Assembly (NCBI RefSeq): GCF_963921235.1
Contig: NC_086097.1
Location: 46,440,001 to 46,504,000 of the forward strand
Reading direction: 5' to 3'
DNA: 64,000 nt
From: Mobula hypostoma
Taxonomy: Eukaryota
The position numbers and the translations under genes were made by a program. This document shows, piece after piece, positions 63,051-64,000 of the stretch. The first letter of the stretch is position 1. The number at the start of each line of letters is the position of its first letter. The notes below the pieces were generated by a model, which had not been told where the DNA came from, ran no database searches, and worked only from the letters and a program-made list of their open reading frames with translations.

Positions 63051-64000
63051 CATATACAGCACAAGTTAAAAAGTAAACAGCCTAATGCTACTGACGCTTC
63101 ATACGTGATGAGACCAGGGTGGTGGCATGGAGTTCAATAGTCTTACGACTTTATGAAAGAAACTGTTTCTCATCCTAACAGTTCTTGCCCCAGTGCTATC
63201 TTACCTCCTGCCTGATGGTGGGGTGGTGGGGGTGGGGAGTCAGAGAGATTGTTGGATGGATGGGAGGAATCACCAGCAATGCTAAGGGCCCTGCATACGC
63301 AGCATTCCTGACAAATATCTCTGCTGGTTGAAAGGAGATCCGATGTCCCTCTCAGAAGTCCTCACAATCCTTTGAAGGGATTTGCACTCAGATGACTTGC
63401 ACTTCTCCTACCAGACAGAGATGCAGCTGGTCAGGACACTCCTGATGATCAGCTTATAAACGCATACATTTCTAGAGCGTGGATCTCCTCTAGTGCAAAC
63501 ACACCTTAACTGTAATGTGACGACCAGACAATGGTGAAAGTGAAATATGAAGCAGCAACTTGTTTCTTAAGCCACAAAACATACGAAATAAGAGAAGGTG
63601 TAGGCCAGACACAAGTCATGAGCTTGCTCTCTTATTCAACGAGATCAAGCCTGATCCTGCATCTTGTTCTCATGCCAAGGATCTATTTATTGCAGCCTAT
63701 ACTCAATAACTGAGCAACCAAAGGCCACGGAGGTCTGAAGTCAGACACACAAATGATATGGTCCATTGTAGTCATTCAGTGCTATTAAGGCCATGCATTG
63801 GTGATGGCACTGATAAGGAAAATAGGGAAATTGGGAAAATTCATCACTGAGCAACAGTGTGCAGCTGACCCTTGCATATATTGTCTGGAGTCTGAGTTTC
63901 TAGTCATTCTTGATCTTTCCGCTTCCAATGTCCCATCTTTCATGCATCAGGACAGTCTTTGGCCAGATGAGCAAAAGAACTTTTAAAAAATAAGACGATG

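Noticed and set aside
1..64000. CRISPR arrays, rRNA/tRNA genes, prokaryotic or viral systems
   Set aside because: No regularly spaced repeats, no cloverleaf-complete tRNA (only SINE heads), and no gene-dense segment; all RT, integrase and endonuclease motifs belong to known eukaryotic transposon clades.

Overview
Eukaryotic (vertebrate) genomic DNA, very probably from a cartilaginous fish. This is an inference from HE1/V-SINE-like SINEs, shark/ray-style CR1 tails and Penelope termini. About two thirds of the window is decayed, often nested transposable elements. These comprise CR1 LINEs (one nearly full length with an SGNH-type ORF1), many Rex1/Babar LINE pieces, two broken Gypsy LTR retrotransposons, a Tx1-like 3' end, Penelope-like (GIY-YIG) elements, RTE-derived non-autonomous elements, SINEs, a hAT-type MITE and a fully palindromic Tc1 derivative. 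One host gene is recognisable: an LBH-family gene on the + strand (LBH-like/LBHD2 type), with a CpG-rich promoter at about 43.2-46 kb and coding exons at 46251-46338 and 51940-52147. No prokaryotic features (CRISPR, operons, rRNA) are present. The most interesting signals are an HDV-like ribozyme fold at the 5' end of an RTE-derived element, hammerhead ribozyme remnants in Penelope termini, the 1.6-kb foldback Tc1, and a splice-dependent uORF versus N-terminal-extension switch in the LBH-like gene. Repeat boundaries were read by eye and are approximate unless a TSD is quoted.
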